A DNA stretch of 64,000 nt, taken from the NCBI GenBank assembly GCA_963736005.1, contig CAVTNB010000003.1, forward strand, positions 256,001-320,000, given 5' to 3'. This document shows, one piece after another, positions 9,035-19,536 of the stretch; the stretch's first letter is position 1, and each line of letters opens with the position of its first letter. The DNA is from an uncultured Pseudomonadota bacterium. GTDB lineage: Bacteria; Vulcanimicrobiota; Vulcanimicrobiia; Eremiobacterales; Eremiobacteraceae. The notes beneath the pieces were generated by a model. The model was not told the origin of the DNA. It ran no database searches and saw only the letters and a program-made list of their open reading frames with translations. A program made the translations under genes and the position numbers.

Positions 9035-9978
9035 GTTATCGCAGCTTCGCGAGCGTGTTCTGCCTCCAAGTACCGTTCGGCTTCCAGTGCCGCGCGGCAC
9101 CCCATGCCGGCCGCCGTCACCGCTTGGCGATAGCGAAAATCGAAGACATCACCGGCAACAAAAACGCCATCCGCCGCCGTGTGCACGCCGTCGCTCGACG
9201 CAATGTAGCCCCGGGCGTCCAGGTCGAGTTGACCCGCGAAAAGCTCAGTGTTCGGCTTATGGCCGATGGCAACGAAGACGGCAGCGCAGGTGCGCTCCGA
9301 CTGCTCGCCGGTCTTGACATTGCGCAAGCGGACGCCGCTCACACGTCCGTCCCCCAGGATGTCTTCAACCGTGGTATCCCAGATGAACCGTATCTTCGGA
9401 TGGTTCATAGCTCGCTGCTGCATGATCTTAGAGGCTCGCAGTTGATCGCGCCTGTGGACGATGGTCACGCTGCGGCCAAAACGCGTGAGAAAAAGCGCCT
9501 CCTCCAATGCAGTGTCACCGCCACCAACCACGAGAATCTCCTTATCTTTAAAGAAGGCCCCGTCGCAAGTGGCACAACTCGATACTCCTCTTCCCCTCAA
9601 TGCGGTCTCGCTGTCTAGGCCCAACCATATGGCCGACGCCCCCGTCGCCACGATCACAGCGTGTGCGCGATATTCGTGCTCGTCCACCCAAACCCGATGC
9701 ACCGTTCCCGAGAAGTCGACGCGCGTGACGTCAACGTTGTGAATGATCGCGCCGAACCGTTCGGCTTGCGCACGAAACTTTTCCATGATCTCGGGACCCA
9801 AAATTCCCTCTGGAAAACCCGGATAGTTTTCGACATCCGTGGTGAGCATCAACTGGCCGCCGTACTGACCGCCCGCAAAAATGAGCGGTTCCAGATTGGC
9901 CCGCGCTGCATACACGCCTGCCGTTAAGCCTGCTGGCCCCGAGCCGATGATAATGAGCTTGTGCACCTCGTCCTTCAT
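9031..9978 (-). CDS. trxB: Thioredoxin-disulfide reductase
   Basis: IIGSGPAGLTAG, CATCDG and VVGGGDTALEEA motifs; start taken at MKDEVHK. Confidence 0.95.
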   Translation of the reverse strand: MKDEVHKLIIIGSGPAGLTAGVYAARANLEPLIFAGGQYGGQLMLTTDVENYPGFPEGILGPEIMEKFRAQAERFGAIIHNVDVTRVDFSGTVHRVWVDEHEYRAHAVIVATGASAIWLGLDSETALRGRGVSSCATCDGAFFKDKEILVVGGGDTALEEALFLTRFGRSVTIVHRRDQLRASKIMQQRAMNHPKIRFIWDTTVEDILGDGRVSGVRLRNVKTGEQSERTCAAVFVAIGHKPNTELFAGQLDLDARGYIASSDGVHTAADGVFVAGDVFDFRYRQAVTAAGMGCRAALEAERYLEAEHAREAAIT

Positions 9979-10063
9979 GGACACTATCCATTCTGTCAAT
10001 TTTCTAGAGATGCCCCTGTGCGGTTGCAAGAACGTTACCTCCTTCCTCGAACCACGCAACTCG

Positions 10064-11068
10064 ATGAAAACCTTCCCCTCAAGCCCTGACCTCTTTGACG
10101 CGATCGGCAACACGCCGCTCATCAGGTTGGCCAACCTGTCGGCTGCAATCGATCGAACGATTCTGGGCAAAGCCGAGTTCCTCAATCCAGGTGGATCGGT
10201 AAAAGACCGGGCGGCGAAGTTTATTATCGAGGATGCGGAGCGCGCTGGTCGTCTGCGCCCTGGCGGCACTATCGTTGAAGGCACGGCCGGCAACACCGGC
10301 ATAGCGCTCACCATGCTCGGCAACGCTCGAGGATACAAGTCCATCATCGTCACGCCGGACGATCAATCCGCCGAGAAGATCGAACTGCTTCGCGTCCTTG
10401 GTGCGGATGTGCGGCTCGTGCCGGCCACCCCTTTCACGAATCCCGAGAACTACTATCACGTTGCGCAGCGCACTGCACAGTCTTTACCCGGCGCCGTTTG
10501 GGCCGACCAGTTCAACAATCTTGCGAACGCGCGCGGCCATTACGAGACGACCGGCCCGGAGATCTGGTCTGCCTGCGGCGAGCAGCTCGACGCCTTTGTG
10601 ACGTCAGCGGGAACCGGTGGAACGTTTGCAGGCGTCTCGGTGGCGCTCAAGGAGCGCAAGCCAAAACTCTTGACTGTGGTTGCGGATCCTATGGGTTCCG
10701 CCATGTACTCGTACGTGAAGAACGGCACGCTCGATGTTGAAGGGGACTCAGTTGCCGAAGGTATCGGCATTAAACGCGTGACCGAAAACTTTCGCACCGC
10801 GGTGGCTGACGACGCAATCCGAATCGACGACATCACGATGGTTGAGATGGCCTACTACCTCTTGCGCGAGGAAGGCCTGCTGCTTGGGGGCTCAGCCGCC
10901 TTGAACGTCGCCGCGGCAGCACGCATCGCCCTGCGGCTTCCACCCAAAAGCGTGGTTGCCACCGTCTTGTGCGATGGCGGCAGCCGTTATCTTTCTCGCT
11001 TGTACAACGCGCAATGGCTTGCGGAGAACGGACTCGTACCGCAGCAGCGCGGGTTGACTTTCCTCTAA
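10064..11068 (+). CDS. cysK: Cysteine synthase (PLP-dependent)
   Basis: IGNTPL, KAEFLNPGGSVKDR, GTAGNTG and GTGGT motifs. Confidence 0.9.
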   Translation: MKTFPSSPDLFDAIGNTPLIRLANLSAAIDRTILGKAEFLNPGGSVKDRAAKFIIEDAERAGRLRPGGTIVEGTAGNTGIALTMLGNARGYKSIIVTPDDQSAEKIELLRVLGADVRLVPATPFTNPENYYHVAQRTAQSLPGAVWADQFNNLANARGHYETTGPEIWSACGEQLDAFVTSAGTGGTFAGVSVALKERKPKLLTVVADPMGSAMYSYVKNGTLDVEGDSVAEGIGIKRVTENFRTAVADDAIRIDDITMVEMAYYLLREEGLLLGGSAALNVAAAARIALRLPPKSVVATVLCDGGSRYLSRLYNAQWLAENGLVPQQRGLTFL

Positions 11069-11120
11069 GACCGAAGCGGCGCAAACGTAGGTTTTGCAGA
11101 GGCTGCCGCCAAACCGAACC

Positions 11121-11138
11121 TTGGGATAAATTTCACAA
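11121..11138. promoter_or_regulatory. Candidate Rex (or CRP/FNR-family) operator upstream of nuoA
   Basis: TTGGGAT-AAAT-TTCACAA versus Rex consensus TTGTGAA-N4-TTCACAA (2 mismatches), 44 bp before the nuoA ATG. Confidence 0.55.
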
Positions 11139-11182
11139 AGTCTCTGTCTACCGGCTCGCTGATCGCCCGCCCGAGGATACGG

Positions 11183-11542
11183 ATGCAACCTTCGCCCTGG
11201 ACCACCATTGCCGTTTTTTTCATCGTGGCGCTCGTTGTCGCAGGCGTGATTTCGATCGTTCCGGGCATTTTTACCCGGAAGCGCCCCACCAAAGAAAAAC
11301 TTGAAGCGTATGAATGCGGCGTGCCGCCGACTTCGGAACTCACCGGTCGTTTCCCAATTCGCTTTTATCTCGTGGCCATGCTGTTTGTGATCTTCGACGT
11401 TGAAACGGCCTCGTTTTATCCATGGGCGGTCAAGCTCAAGTCGCTAGGATTTTTTGGTTTCACCGAGATGTTGACGTTCATCATCGTGCTGGGCATCGGA
11501 TACGCCTATGTCTGGAAGAAGGGCGGATTCTCATGGCGCTAG
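11183..11542 (+). CDS. nuoA: NADH-quinone oxidoreductase subunit A
   Basis: [22 protein letters not shown] and WKKGG motifs. Confidence 0.95.
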   Translation: MQPSPWTTIAVFFIVALVVAGVISIVPGIFTRKRPTKEKLEAYECGVPPTSELTGRFPIRFYLVAMLFVIFDVETASFYPWAVKLKSLGFFGFTEMLTFIIVLGIGYAYVWKKGGFSWR

Positions 11543-12015
11543 ACGAAAATCAGCCCTTCGTTGTCACCAAGCTAGACGATTTTCTCAAGTGGGCACAGTC
11601 GTCAGCCATCTGGCCGATGACCATGGGGCTCGCATGCTGCGCGATCGAGATGATGAGCATGGTGTCACCCAAGTATGACACCGCCCGTTTCGGTGCAGAA
11701 GTCTTTCGTTCGTCGCCGCGTCAAGCCGACCTGATGATCGTGTCCGGCCGCGTTTCAAACAAGATGGCGCCGGTGCTGCGTCAGCTCTACGAGCAGATGC
11801 CCGATCCAAAGTGGGTCATCTCAATGGGCGCTTGCGCTTCCAGCGGTGGTATCTTTGACAACTATGCCATCACGCCGGCCGACACGTTCCTGCCCATTGA
11901 CATCTACGTCCCAGGTTGCCCGCCGAGCCCGGACGCGCTCATTTACGCGCTCATGCAACTGCGGCGCGAGATTCGCGCGGGCAGCAAGGCCAAGGTGCTC
12001 TCATCGAATGCCTGA
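11533..12015 (+). CDS. nuoB: NADH-quinone oxidoreductase subunit B
   Basis: [25 protein letters not shown] and YVPGCPP motifs. Confidence 0.95.
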   Translation: MALDENQPFVVTKLDDFLKWAQSSAIWPMTMGLACCAIEMMSMVSPKYDTARFGAEVFRSSPRQADLMIVSGRVSNKMAPVLRQLYEQMPDPKWVISMGACASSGGIFDNYAITPADTFLPIDIYVPGCPPSPDALIYALMQLRREIRAGSKAKVLSSNA

Positions 12016-12580
12016 GAGCATCAAACCCCATCCCGAGCGCGCGGCGCTTGCACCCCTGATCGAAGCACTCACGCAAGCTGCCGGTGAACATCTTCTCGAA
12101 GCTGTGGCCGCGGAGGACATGGACGAGATCGCGTTGCGCCCGGGTGGCTTGCTGGCCGTTATCGATCGTCTGCGAGCACACGGGTTCAACCATCTGCTCG
12201 ATATCGGGGGCACCGACCACCATCCGCTGACCCCGCGATATGAGATCTCCTATCATTTAATAGCGATACCACTCGGTGACGACCTTCGCAATCCCGGCAG
12301 GCTGATGAACCTCCCGCGCATTCGACTGCGGGTCTTTCCGCAGGATCTCGATCCGGTCGTTCCATCGCTTGCGGGCATTTGGCCCAGCGCGAACTGGCCC
12401 GAGCGGGAGATCTTCGATCTGTTTGGCGTTCGATTTGAAGGGCATCCGGATCTCCGTCGGCTGCTGAATCCGGATGATTTTGTGGGCTATCCGCTGCGCA
12501 AAGACTTTCCGTTGCGCGGCCTCGAGCGGCGCTTTGTCCCCGGCGGGCGCCTGGGCGCAGTTCCTCCGGTGAAAGAATGA
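12008..12580 (+). CDS. nuoC: NADH-quinone oxidoreductase subunit C
   Basis: [36 protein letters not shown]. Confidence 0.95.
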   Translation: MPESIKPHPERAALAPLIEALTQAAGEHLLEAVAAEDMDEIALRPGGLLAVIDRLRAHGFNHLLDIGGTDHHPLTPRYEISYHLIAIPLGDDLRNPGRLMNLPRIRLRVFPQDLDPVVPSLAGIWPSANWPEREIFDLFGVRFEGHPDLRRLLNPDDFVGYPLRKDFPLRGLERRFVPGGRLGAVPPVKE

Positions 12581-13809
12581 GCTCGCTCGACCTGGCCGCG
12601 TTCCGCGACAATCCCGACATCGGGCTCGAACGCGGAGACGAGCGCGACACGCTCGTGCTTTCCATGGGCCCGCAACATCCAAGCACTCACGGCGTACTTC
12701 GCGTCATGCTGCGGCTTGACGGAGAAACAGTTGTCACCGCTGAGCCCGAGATCGGATTTCTGCATACGGGCATCGAAAAGCAAGCCGAGAACCTGTTTTG
12801 GCAGCAGGCTATCACGGTCGTCGACCGCGCCGACTATCTCGCGCCGCTCTCCAACAGCTTGTGTTACGTACTCGCCGCCGAGCAGCTCTTGGGGATTGAC
12901 AACATCCCGCCGCGCGCCCGCGTGCTACGCGTCATGTTCACAGAGCTCACGCGCCTCGCTAGTCACCTCGTATGGCTTGGCACGCACTGTTTGGATCTCG
13001 GTGCGCAATCAATCTTCTTCTACGCGTTCGAGATGCGCGAGCGCATTCTCTCGATCATGGAATTCGTCACTGGTGCTCGCATGCACCAATCGTGGTTTCG
13101 CATCGGCGGCCTCGCCATCGACGTTCCAGTCGGCTTTCTCGACACTATCGATGACTTCATCGCGCGCTTTCCGGAGCGTTTGGCCGACATGCGAGCCATT
13201 GTTGAAAAGAACGTGATCATTGTCGACCGGCTGGTCGGCATCGGCAAGGTAACGCAGCAAGAGGCGATCGACTGGGGGCTCACCGGTCCGCCGCTGCGGG
13301 CAACGGGCATCGCCTATGACATCCGTCGCGCTCGTCCGTACTGCGATTACGACACCTACGATTTTGAGGTGCCCACGCAGACTGCCGGCGATTGTTATGC
13401 GCGCTTCGTCGTTCGGCTCAACGAGATGCACGAGTCGTGGCGCATCATCAAGCAGGCGCGCGAGCGTTTCCCGGGAGGACCTGTCGTCATCGACGACCGC
13501 AAAATCGTGCCACCGCCAAAAACCGAAATCCAGCATTCGATGGAAGCGCTCATCCATCACTTCAAACTCGTTTCGTCCGGCTTCAACGTGCCGGAGGGTC
13601 ACGTGTACCAGGCTGTGGAGAGCCCGCGCGGCGAGATGGGCATGTATGTGACGAGCGCCGGAGGCAACAAGCCATGGCGCGTGCGCTGGCGCCCACCGTC
13701 CTTTTACCATACGCAGGCACTCAAACGCCTTGCGCCGGGCAATCTCATCGCAGACGTCGTCGCGATCATCGGCAGCCTGGACCCCGTCTTTGGAGACGTC
13801 GATCGATGA
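12577..13809 (+). CDS. nuoD: NADH-quinone oxidoreductase subunit D
   Basis: [19 protein letters not shown] and C-terminal GDVDR. Confidence 0.95.
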   Translation: MSSLDLAAFRDNPDIGLERGDERDTLVLSMGPQHPSTHGVLRVMLRLDGETVVTAEPEIGFLHTGIEKQAENLFWQQAITVVDRADYLAPLSNSLCYVLAAEQLLGIDNIPPRARVLRVMFTELTRLASHLVWLGTHCLDLGAQSIFFYAFEMRERILSIMEFVTGARMHQSWFRIGGLAIDVPVGFLDTIDDFIARFPERLADMRAIVEKNVIIVDRLVGIGKVTQQEAIDWGLTGPPLRATGIAYDIRRARPYCDYDTYDFEVPTQTAGDCYARFVVRLNEMHESWRIIKQARERFPGGPVVIDDRKIVPPPKTEIQHSMEALIHHFKLVSSGFNVPEGHVYQAVESPRGEMGMYVTSAGGNKPWRVRWRPPSFYHTQALKRLAPGNLIADVVAIIGSLDPVFGDVDR

Positions 13810-14300
13810 CGCCCGAACGAGAACGCCGGGCGGCGGAGCTTGCCGCAAAGTATCCGCAAACCCAATCGGCGCTGATCCCATTCCTGCAGTTCTGCCAGCA
13901 GCAGGATGGCTTCGTGACCGAGCAGGCGATTTTGGACGCCGCCGAAATGGCCGGCATCACCCCGAGCGAAGTCGAGTCGATTGCGACTTTTTATAGCTTG
14001 CTCTTCAAAGAGCCCGCGGGCAAACACGTCATCCAAATCTGCCGCACGCTGTCCTGCATGCTCCGCGGCGCGGACGAGTTGCAACAGCACGCGCGCCGGC
14101 GACTCGGCCTGGCCAATGGCGAAACAAGTTCTGACGGCAAGTTCACCTACGAGGAAGTCGAGTGTCTGGCAGCCTGCGATCGCGCACCGTGTCTCCAACA
14201 CAATCTTGAGTTCCACTACGACGTGACGCCGGCGGATTTCGACCGCTTGCTCGAAACGTGGCGAGCGCAGGACCCGGTCACGAGCTTGCCGGCGGAATAA
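13806..14300 (+). CDS. nuoE: NADH-quinone oxidoreductase subunit E
   Basis: ATFYS, CRTLSC and ECLAAC 2Fe-2S ligands. Confidence 0.93.
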   Translation: MTPERERRAAELAAKYPQTQSALIPFLQFCQQQDGFVTEQAILDAAEMAGITPSEVESIATFYSLLFKEPAGKHVIQICRTLSCMLRGADELQQHARRRLGLANGETSSDGKFTYEEVECLAACDRAPCLQHNLEFHYDVTPADFDRLLETWRAQDPVTSLPAE

Positions 14301-14303
14301 ACG

Positions 14304-15596
14304 ATGGCACAATTCGAACGCGTTCTCACCCGCGGGATCGGTGAGCTGGATCTCACCGATATCGAAAGCTACAAGCGGCTAGGCGGTTTCGCGAGCTTGG
14401 AAAAGACGCTGCGTCAGATGACGCCGGCGGCGGTCGTGGGCGAGGTAAGCGCATCGAACCTTCGTGGCCGAGGCGGAGCGGGCTTCCCCACGGGCAAGAA
14501 GTGGAGTTTTCTGCCAAACGACGGCCGGCCGCGTTACCTCGTGTGCAACTGCGATGAAGCAGAACCCGGTACGTTCAAAGACCACATGCTCTTAGAGTTC
14601 TCACCGTTTCAGATCATCGAGGGTTTGCTTATCTCTGCCTACGCCATTGGCGCCGCCAAAATTTTTATGTATATCCGCGGCGAGTTTCTTGAGGGCTACC
14701 GCATCTTCAAACGCGCGGTCGAACAGGCAGCGCTGCAAGGCTATCTCGGCCGGCGGATTTTGGGAACCGATTTCTCGATGGACATAACCCTGCACCGCGG
14801 TGCGGGCGCGTACATCTGCGGCGAAGAAACTGCTATGCTCGAATCGCTCGAAGGCAAACGGGGCGAGCCGCGGCTCAAGCCCCCATTTCCGGCCAACGCG
14901 GGCCTGTACGACATGCCCACTGTGGTCAACAACGTGGAAACGGTTTGCTGCGTGCCACACATCATCGAGCGCGGAGCGAAGTGGTTCGCGTCCATAGGAC
15001 CGGAAAAATGTCCAGGACCAAAGATCATCAGCGTGAGCGGCCATGTCCGCAAGCCCGGCAACTACGAAGTACCTATGGGGATTCCAGCGCGCGAACTCAT
15101 CGAAGAGTATGCCGGCGGTCTTTTCCCTGGCCGCCAGCTCAAGGCCATCCAACCAGGGGGCGGATCCTCGGCGGCCATCTTCGAGGAGGACCTCGATACC
15201 GGCATCGACTTCGACTCGCTAGCGGCCAAGAAAACCATGTTGGGCTCGGGCGGTTTTGTCGTTATGGATGACACCACGTGCATGGTGCGCGCGTCACAAA
15301 CTTTGGTGCGCTTTTTCGAGCACGAATCGTGCGGCCAATGTACGCCGTGCCGGGAAGGCGGACAATGGGTGGCGAGGATGGTCACGCGACTGGAGGCCGG
15401 TGAGGGTTCGCAAAACGACTTGCGCGTGCTCAACACGATCAATGATACGATCACCGGCACGAATCTCTGCCCGCTGGGCGATTCGATCATGCCCTTTTTG
15501 TCGTCCGTTCTACGCCGATTTCCCGAAGAATTTGCAGCCCACGTGCGGCTTGCCGGCTGTCCGCTTCGGGCAACGGCCGTGGAAGCTGCAAGCTGA
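14304..15596 (+). CDS. nuoF: NADH-quinone oxidoreductase subunit F
   Basis: GRGGAGFPTGKKW, GAGAYICGEETA and ESCGQCTPCREG motifs. Confidence 0.96.
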   Translation: MAQFERVLTRGIGELDLTDIESYKRLGGFASLEKTLRQMTPAAVVGEVSASNLRGRGGAGFPTGKKWSFLPNDGRPRYLVCNCDEAEPGTFKDHMLLEFSPFQIIEGLLISAYAIGAAKIFMYIRGEFLEGYRIFKRAVEQAALQGYLGRRILGTDFSMDITLHRGAGAYICGEETAMLESLEGKRGEPRLKPPFPANAGLYDMPTVVNNVETVCCVPHIIERGAKWFASIGPEKCPGPKIISVSGHVRKPGNYEVPMGIPARELIEEYAGGLFPGRQLKAIQPGGGSSAAIFEEDLDTGIDFDSLAAKKTMLGSGGFVVMDDTTCMVRASQTLVRFFEHESCGQCTPCREGGQWVARMVTRLEAGEGSQNDLRVLNTINDTITGTNLCPLGDSIMPFLSSVLRRFPEEFAAHVRLAGCPLRATAVEAAS

Positions 15597-15599
15597 CCC

Positions 15600-18020
15600 A
15601 TGAGCAAACAAACACCGCGGCGCCTGGTCAACCTGATCATCGATGGCAATCCGCTTTCCGTGCCCGAAGGAACCCTCGTCGTTGAAGCCGCTAAGCTGCT
15701 CGGCACGCATGTGCCCGTGTATTGCTATCACCCGAAGATGGACCCCGCCGGATTGTGCCGCATTTGTCTCGTTGAAATCGAGAAGATGCCAAAGCTGCAG
15801 ATTGCGTGCAATACGCAGGTGGCTGAGGGCATGGTCGTGCACACCACGTCTGCGCGCGTGGCGGAAGGTCGCCGCGGCGTGCTCGAGTTCTTGCTCCTCA
15901 ATCATCCGCTCGACTGCCCCATCTGCGACAAGGGCGGCGAGTGCGATCTTCAGGATTTCACGATGAGTTATGGCCCCGGCGCCAGCCGTCTGACCGAGCC
16001 GAAACTGCACAAACCCAAGGTGGTCGATCTCGGTCCGACGATCGTGCTCGATGAGGAGCGCTGCATTCTGTGCCGGCGCTGTACGCGCTTTGACGATGAG
16101 ATCGCGCAAGAGCGCAACTTGGTTGTCGTCGAGCGCGGGCAGCGCTCGCTGATTGGCACCGCACGCGGTGATGATTACGCTTCGTACTTCTCAGGCAATA
16201 CAACCGAGATTTGTCCGGTTGGCGCGTTGACCAGCAAAGCATATCGCTTCCGCTCGCGCCCTTGGGACCTCAGCCATGCAGACTCCGTCTGCACCCAGTG
16301 CTCGGTTGGGTGCAACTATCGTATCGACTCACGCTTCGGGCGCATCATGCGCACGTTCACCCGGGAGAATACTGCCATCGACGATGGCTGGATTTGCGAC
16401 CGGGGCCGCTACACGTTTAACTATTTGTATGAGCCCACGCGACTGCGCCAGCCGCTGCTGCGGCGCGATGGAGAACTCAAAGCCGCGACGTTTGATGAGG
16501 CAATTGCGCTCACTGCCGAAAAGTTGGCAGCAGCAGCTCGCCACGGGCGCGTTGGCATCATCGGCGGCGGTCGTTTGTCGGATGAAGAGGCCTTTGCGCT
16601 GCAGCGATTTGCTCGAGAGGTTTTGGGCACGAACAATATCGATTACCGAACCTCGCTGCAGAAGTTTGCGTCGCCACCGCGCTTTGGAGCGCGCCTCGAA
16701 GACCTTGACGATGCATCGTTGATCTTGGTCTTCGGGGCGATCACATCCGAGCAGGCGCCTATCCTTGACTTGCGTTTGCGGCGCGCGGTCGCGCGGCATC
16801 ATGCAAAGCTCCTGTTCGTCGGCCCCTACAAACCTGATTTCGAGGTGCCGTGCCGCTACGTTGAGTACGCGCCTGGCGCCATCGGAACATTGATGGAGAA
16901 GTTAGCCGACGTCGTGCATCACGGCAAGGAAGAATCAGGCGAAGGCTTCGTTGCCGAGATCGCAACGGAGCTGGCCGGCGCTGAGAAGATCATCGCGATC
17001 CACAATGGCCGTGACCCCGACGCAATTATCTCGCTCGATCGTCTCATGGAGCGGCTGCACCAGTACGATCATCCGGTTGGCATCCTGGTCGTCGGCGCTG
17101 TGGGCAACGCGCGCGGCGCCGAAGCGGCCGGTTGCGTGCCCAACCTCGGTCCGGGCTACGCGCCCATCGAGCCGCCGGGAATGACCACCGGTGAAATGCT
17201 CGTGGCGGCTGCGGATGGGCAGCTCGATGCGCTCTTCATTGCGGGAGCGAATCCTGCGCTCACGTATCCCGATGGTGCGCTTGCTCGCCGTGCGTTGAGC
17301 CGCGTCGGGTTCCTTGCCGTGGCGGAGCAAGTGATGACCGAAACGGCGTCGCATGCAGATGCGGTGTTCGCGGCCGCATCGTTTGCCGAGAAGAGCGGCC
17401 ACGTGACCAATCTTGAGGGAACGCAGCAAGCCTTCGCCCAGGCGGTCGAGCCGCCAGTTCATGTGGCTAGCGATGCGCAAATCCTGGCGGCGCTCGCACG
17501 CACAATGGGAAAAGCGACGGATCTTCCTGATGACGTCGGCGCGCTTTTCGTACAACTGAACAGCGCGCTCGCGGCGGCGCGTGCGCGCAGCCCCAAGGAT
17601 TCACTGCCTCGCCCGAAAGTCGAAGCCCCTCGTAGCAGCGGACCTTCAGGTCCGCTCCAGGCGGAGAGCGCACCTCAAGGTGCGCTGCTACAGTTAACCA
17701 TCATTCCCATTCCAAAACTGTATGCCGGCGGCGGTCCGTCTGCACACGACCCCGGAATGGCCGCAATGCGCCCTCGGCCTTTTGCGATCTTCTCCCCAGA
17801 TGACGCAGCGCGCCTTGGCTTCGCACCAGGCGACATCGTGCGACTCACCGGTGCCGCGGGCGACATTGACGTGGAAGCAAAAGTCGGACCGCAAGCACCC
17901 GCTGGCGTGGCGCTCGTGCTCGCCGATATGCCTGAAGCGCCGGTCAACCGATTGCTTGATGCTACCGGTTTCGGCACTGCCTCTGCCAGCGTCGTCGCCA
18001 CGTCGGAGATGCGCGCATGA
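15600..18020 (+). CDS. nuoG: NADH-quinone oxidoreductase subunit G
   Basis: HPLDCPICDKGGECDLQD, CILCRRCTRF and CTQCSVGC Fe-S motifs, followed by a molybdopterin-oxidoreductase-like body. Confidence 0.95.
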   Translation: MSKQTPRRLVNLIIDGNPLSVPEGTLVVEAAKLLGTHVPVYCYHPKMDPAGLCRICLVEIEKMPKLQIACNTQVAEGMVVHTTSARVAEGRRGVLEFLLLNHPLDCPICDKGGECDLQDFTMSYGPGASRLTEPKLHKPKVVDLGPTIVLDEERCILCRRCTRFDDEIAQERNLVVVERGQRSLIGTARGDDYASYFSGNTTEICPVGALTSKAYRFRSRPWDLSHADSVCTQCSVGCNYRIDSRFGRIMRTFTRENTAIDDGWICDRGRYTFNYLYEPTRLRQPLLRRDGELKAATFDEAIALTAEKLAAAARHGRVGIIGGGRLSDEEAFALQRFAREVLGTNNIDYRTSLQKFASPPRFGARLEDLDDASLILVFGAITSEQAPILDLRLRRAVARHHAKLLFVGPYKPDFEVPCRYVEYAPGAIGTLMEKLADVVHHGKEESGEGFVAEIATELAGAEKIIAIHNGRDPDAIISLDRLMERLHQYDHPVGILVVGAVGNARGAEAAGCVPNLGPGYAPIEPPGMTTGEMLVAAADGQLDALFIAGANPALTYPDGALARRALSRVGFLAVAEQVMTETASHADAVFAAASFAEKSGHVTNLEGTQQAFAQAVEPPVHVASDAQILAALARTMGKATDLPDDVGALFVQLNSALAAARARSPKDSLPRPKVEAPRSSGPSGPLQAESAPQGALLQLTIIPIPKLYAGGGPSAHDPGMAAMRPRPFAIFSPDDAARLGFAPGDIVRLTGAAGDIDVEAKVGPQAPAGVALVLADMPEAPVNRLLDATGFGTASASVVATSEMRA
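17632..17691. mobile_element. 60-bp inverted REP-B doublet (REPIN-like) in frame inside nuoG
   Basis: GTAGC-AGCGGACCTTCAGGTCCGCT (17632-17656), a 10-bp spacer, then an inverted copy AGCGCACCTCAAGGTGCGCT-GCTAC (17667-17691). Confidence 0.8.
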
Positions 18021-19024
18021 CGCACGTGCCTTTGTGGGTGCTGACCGTCGCCATCAAATCCGGCGTGCTTATCTTCATCGTGGTCACGTCGTTCGCGTAT
18101 CTGATGTTGACCGAACGCAAGATGCTTGGCTGGTTCCAGCTGCGCCTCGGGCCCACGTGGTGCGGCCCGTGGGGTCTCATGCAGCCGGCGGCGGATGCGG
18201 TCAAGTTGGTTTTCAAAGAAGACCTCACTCCGGGCGGTGCGGATCGCTTCATTTATAAAGTCGCGCCGGCAATCGCCGTGCTGACGGCGCTGCTTGCGTA
18301 CGCGGTCATTCCTTTTGGTTGGTATCCAAACGGCGACCCGATCGCGATCGCTTCGCCCAATGTCGGCATCCTCTATTTGCTCGCGGTAGCCTCGGTAGGC
18401 GTTTACGGCATCGCGCTCGGCGGCTGGGCTTCGCAATCAAAATGGTCGCTGTTGGGCGCTATTCGCTCGACAGCACAGATGATCTCGTACGAGCTTGCCA
18501 TGGGCTTGGCTATCGTGCCTGTCGTCATGCTCGCGGGAACGACAAGCCTGGGCGGCATCGTTGCGGCACAATCCGCACACCACCTTTGGTACGCCATCCC
18601 GCTGTTCATACCGTTCCTCATCTTTGGCGTCACCGCCATGGCAGAAACCAATCGCGCTCCGTTCGATTTGCCCGAAGCCGAAACAGAACTCGTCGCGGGA
18701 TTTCACACCGAGTATTCGAGCTTGCGGTTCGGCACGTTCTTCGTCGCCGAGTACGTCAACATGATCACCGTGTGCTCCATCCGGACCCTGCTCTTTTTGG
18801 GTGGCGGGGACGGACCGTTGGTGTCGCAGCTGCCCTATCTCTCCGTCGTCTGGTTCGTGGTCAAAGTGGGCCTGTTGCTGTTTATGATGATCTGGTGGCG
18901 CGCGACGCTCCCGCGTCTGCGCTACGACCGTCTCATGGCATTCGGCTGGAAGTTTTTGCTGCCGACGGCGGTGGCTAATCTCTTGATCGTCGCGGGCATC
19001 GTCGCGGCGATCGGCAATCGTTGA
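18017..19024 (+). CDS. nuoH: NADH-quinone oxidoreductase subunit H
   Basis: ERKMLG, GLMQPAADAVKL and AETNRAPFDLPEAETELVAG motifs. Confidence 0.96.
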   Translation: MTHVPLWVLTVAIKSGVLIFIVVTSFAYLMLTERKMLGWFQLRLGPTWCGPWGLMQPAADAVKLVFKEDLTPGGADRFIYKVAPAIAVLTALLAYAVIPFGWYPNGDPIAIASPNVGILYLLAVASVGVYGIALGGWASQSKWSLLGAIRSTAQMISYELAMGLAIVPVVMLAGTTSLGGIVAAQSAHHLWYAIPLFIPFLIFGVTAMAETNRAPFDLPEAETELVAGFHTEYSSLRFGTFFVAEYVNMITVCSIRTLLFLGGGDGPLVSQLPYLSVVWFVVKVGLLLFMMIWWRATLPRLRYDRLMAFGWKFLLPTAVANLLIVAGIVAAIGNR

Positions 19025-19536
19025 GGCGTGACGTGAAGTATTTCTTGCAAGCCGCCAGCGGCCTCGTGATTGGGATGATGACCACGCTGAAGTATCTCTT
19101 CAAGAAGAAAGCGACCATCGACTATCCGAACAAGCCATTTCGCCATGCCGAGCGTTTCCGCGGCGTCCACGAACTACGCAAATATGATGACGGCTTAGAA
19201 CGCTGCATCGGCTGCGAGTTGTGCGCGGTGGCGTGTCCGGCAAACGCGATCACGGTCATTGGAGCGGAAAACGATCCACAACATCCGGTCTCTCCCGGCG
19301 AGCGTTACGGATACCGCTACGAGATCGACATGCTGCGCTGCATCTTCTGCGGCTGGTGCGAGGAAGCGTGCCCAACTGACGCAATCGTGCTCACGCCGCG
19401 CTTTGACATCGCAGATTTTACGAGGGACCGCCTCGTTTACGGCAAGGATAAGTTGCTCGTGAAAGACCCATTCACGCAGCACATGGCCAACACAGAGTCC
19501 TCAATGGACACAGACCCAGGCGTGAGCGTACCGTGA
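19021..19536 (+). CDS. nuoI: NADH-quinone oxidoreductase subunit I
   Basis: CIGCELCAVACP and CIFCGWCEEACP. Confidence 0.95.
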   Translation: MRRDVKYFLQAASGLVIGMMTTLKYLFKKKATIDYPNKPFRHAERFRGVHELRKYDDGLERCIGCELCAVACPANAITVIGAENDPQHPVSPGERYGYRYEIDMLRCIFCGWCEEACPTDAIVLTPRFDIADFTRDRLVYGKDKLLVKDPFTQHMANTESSMDTDPGVSVP

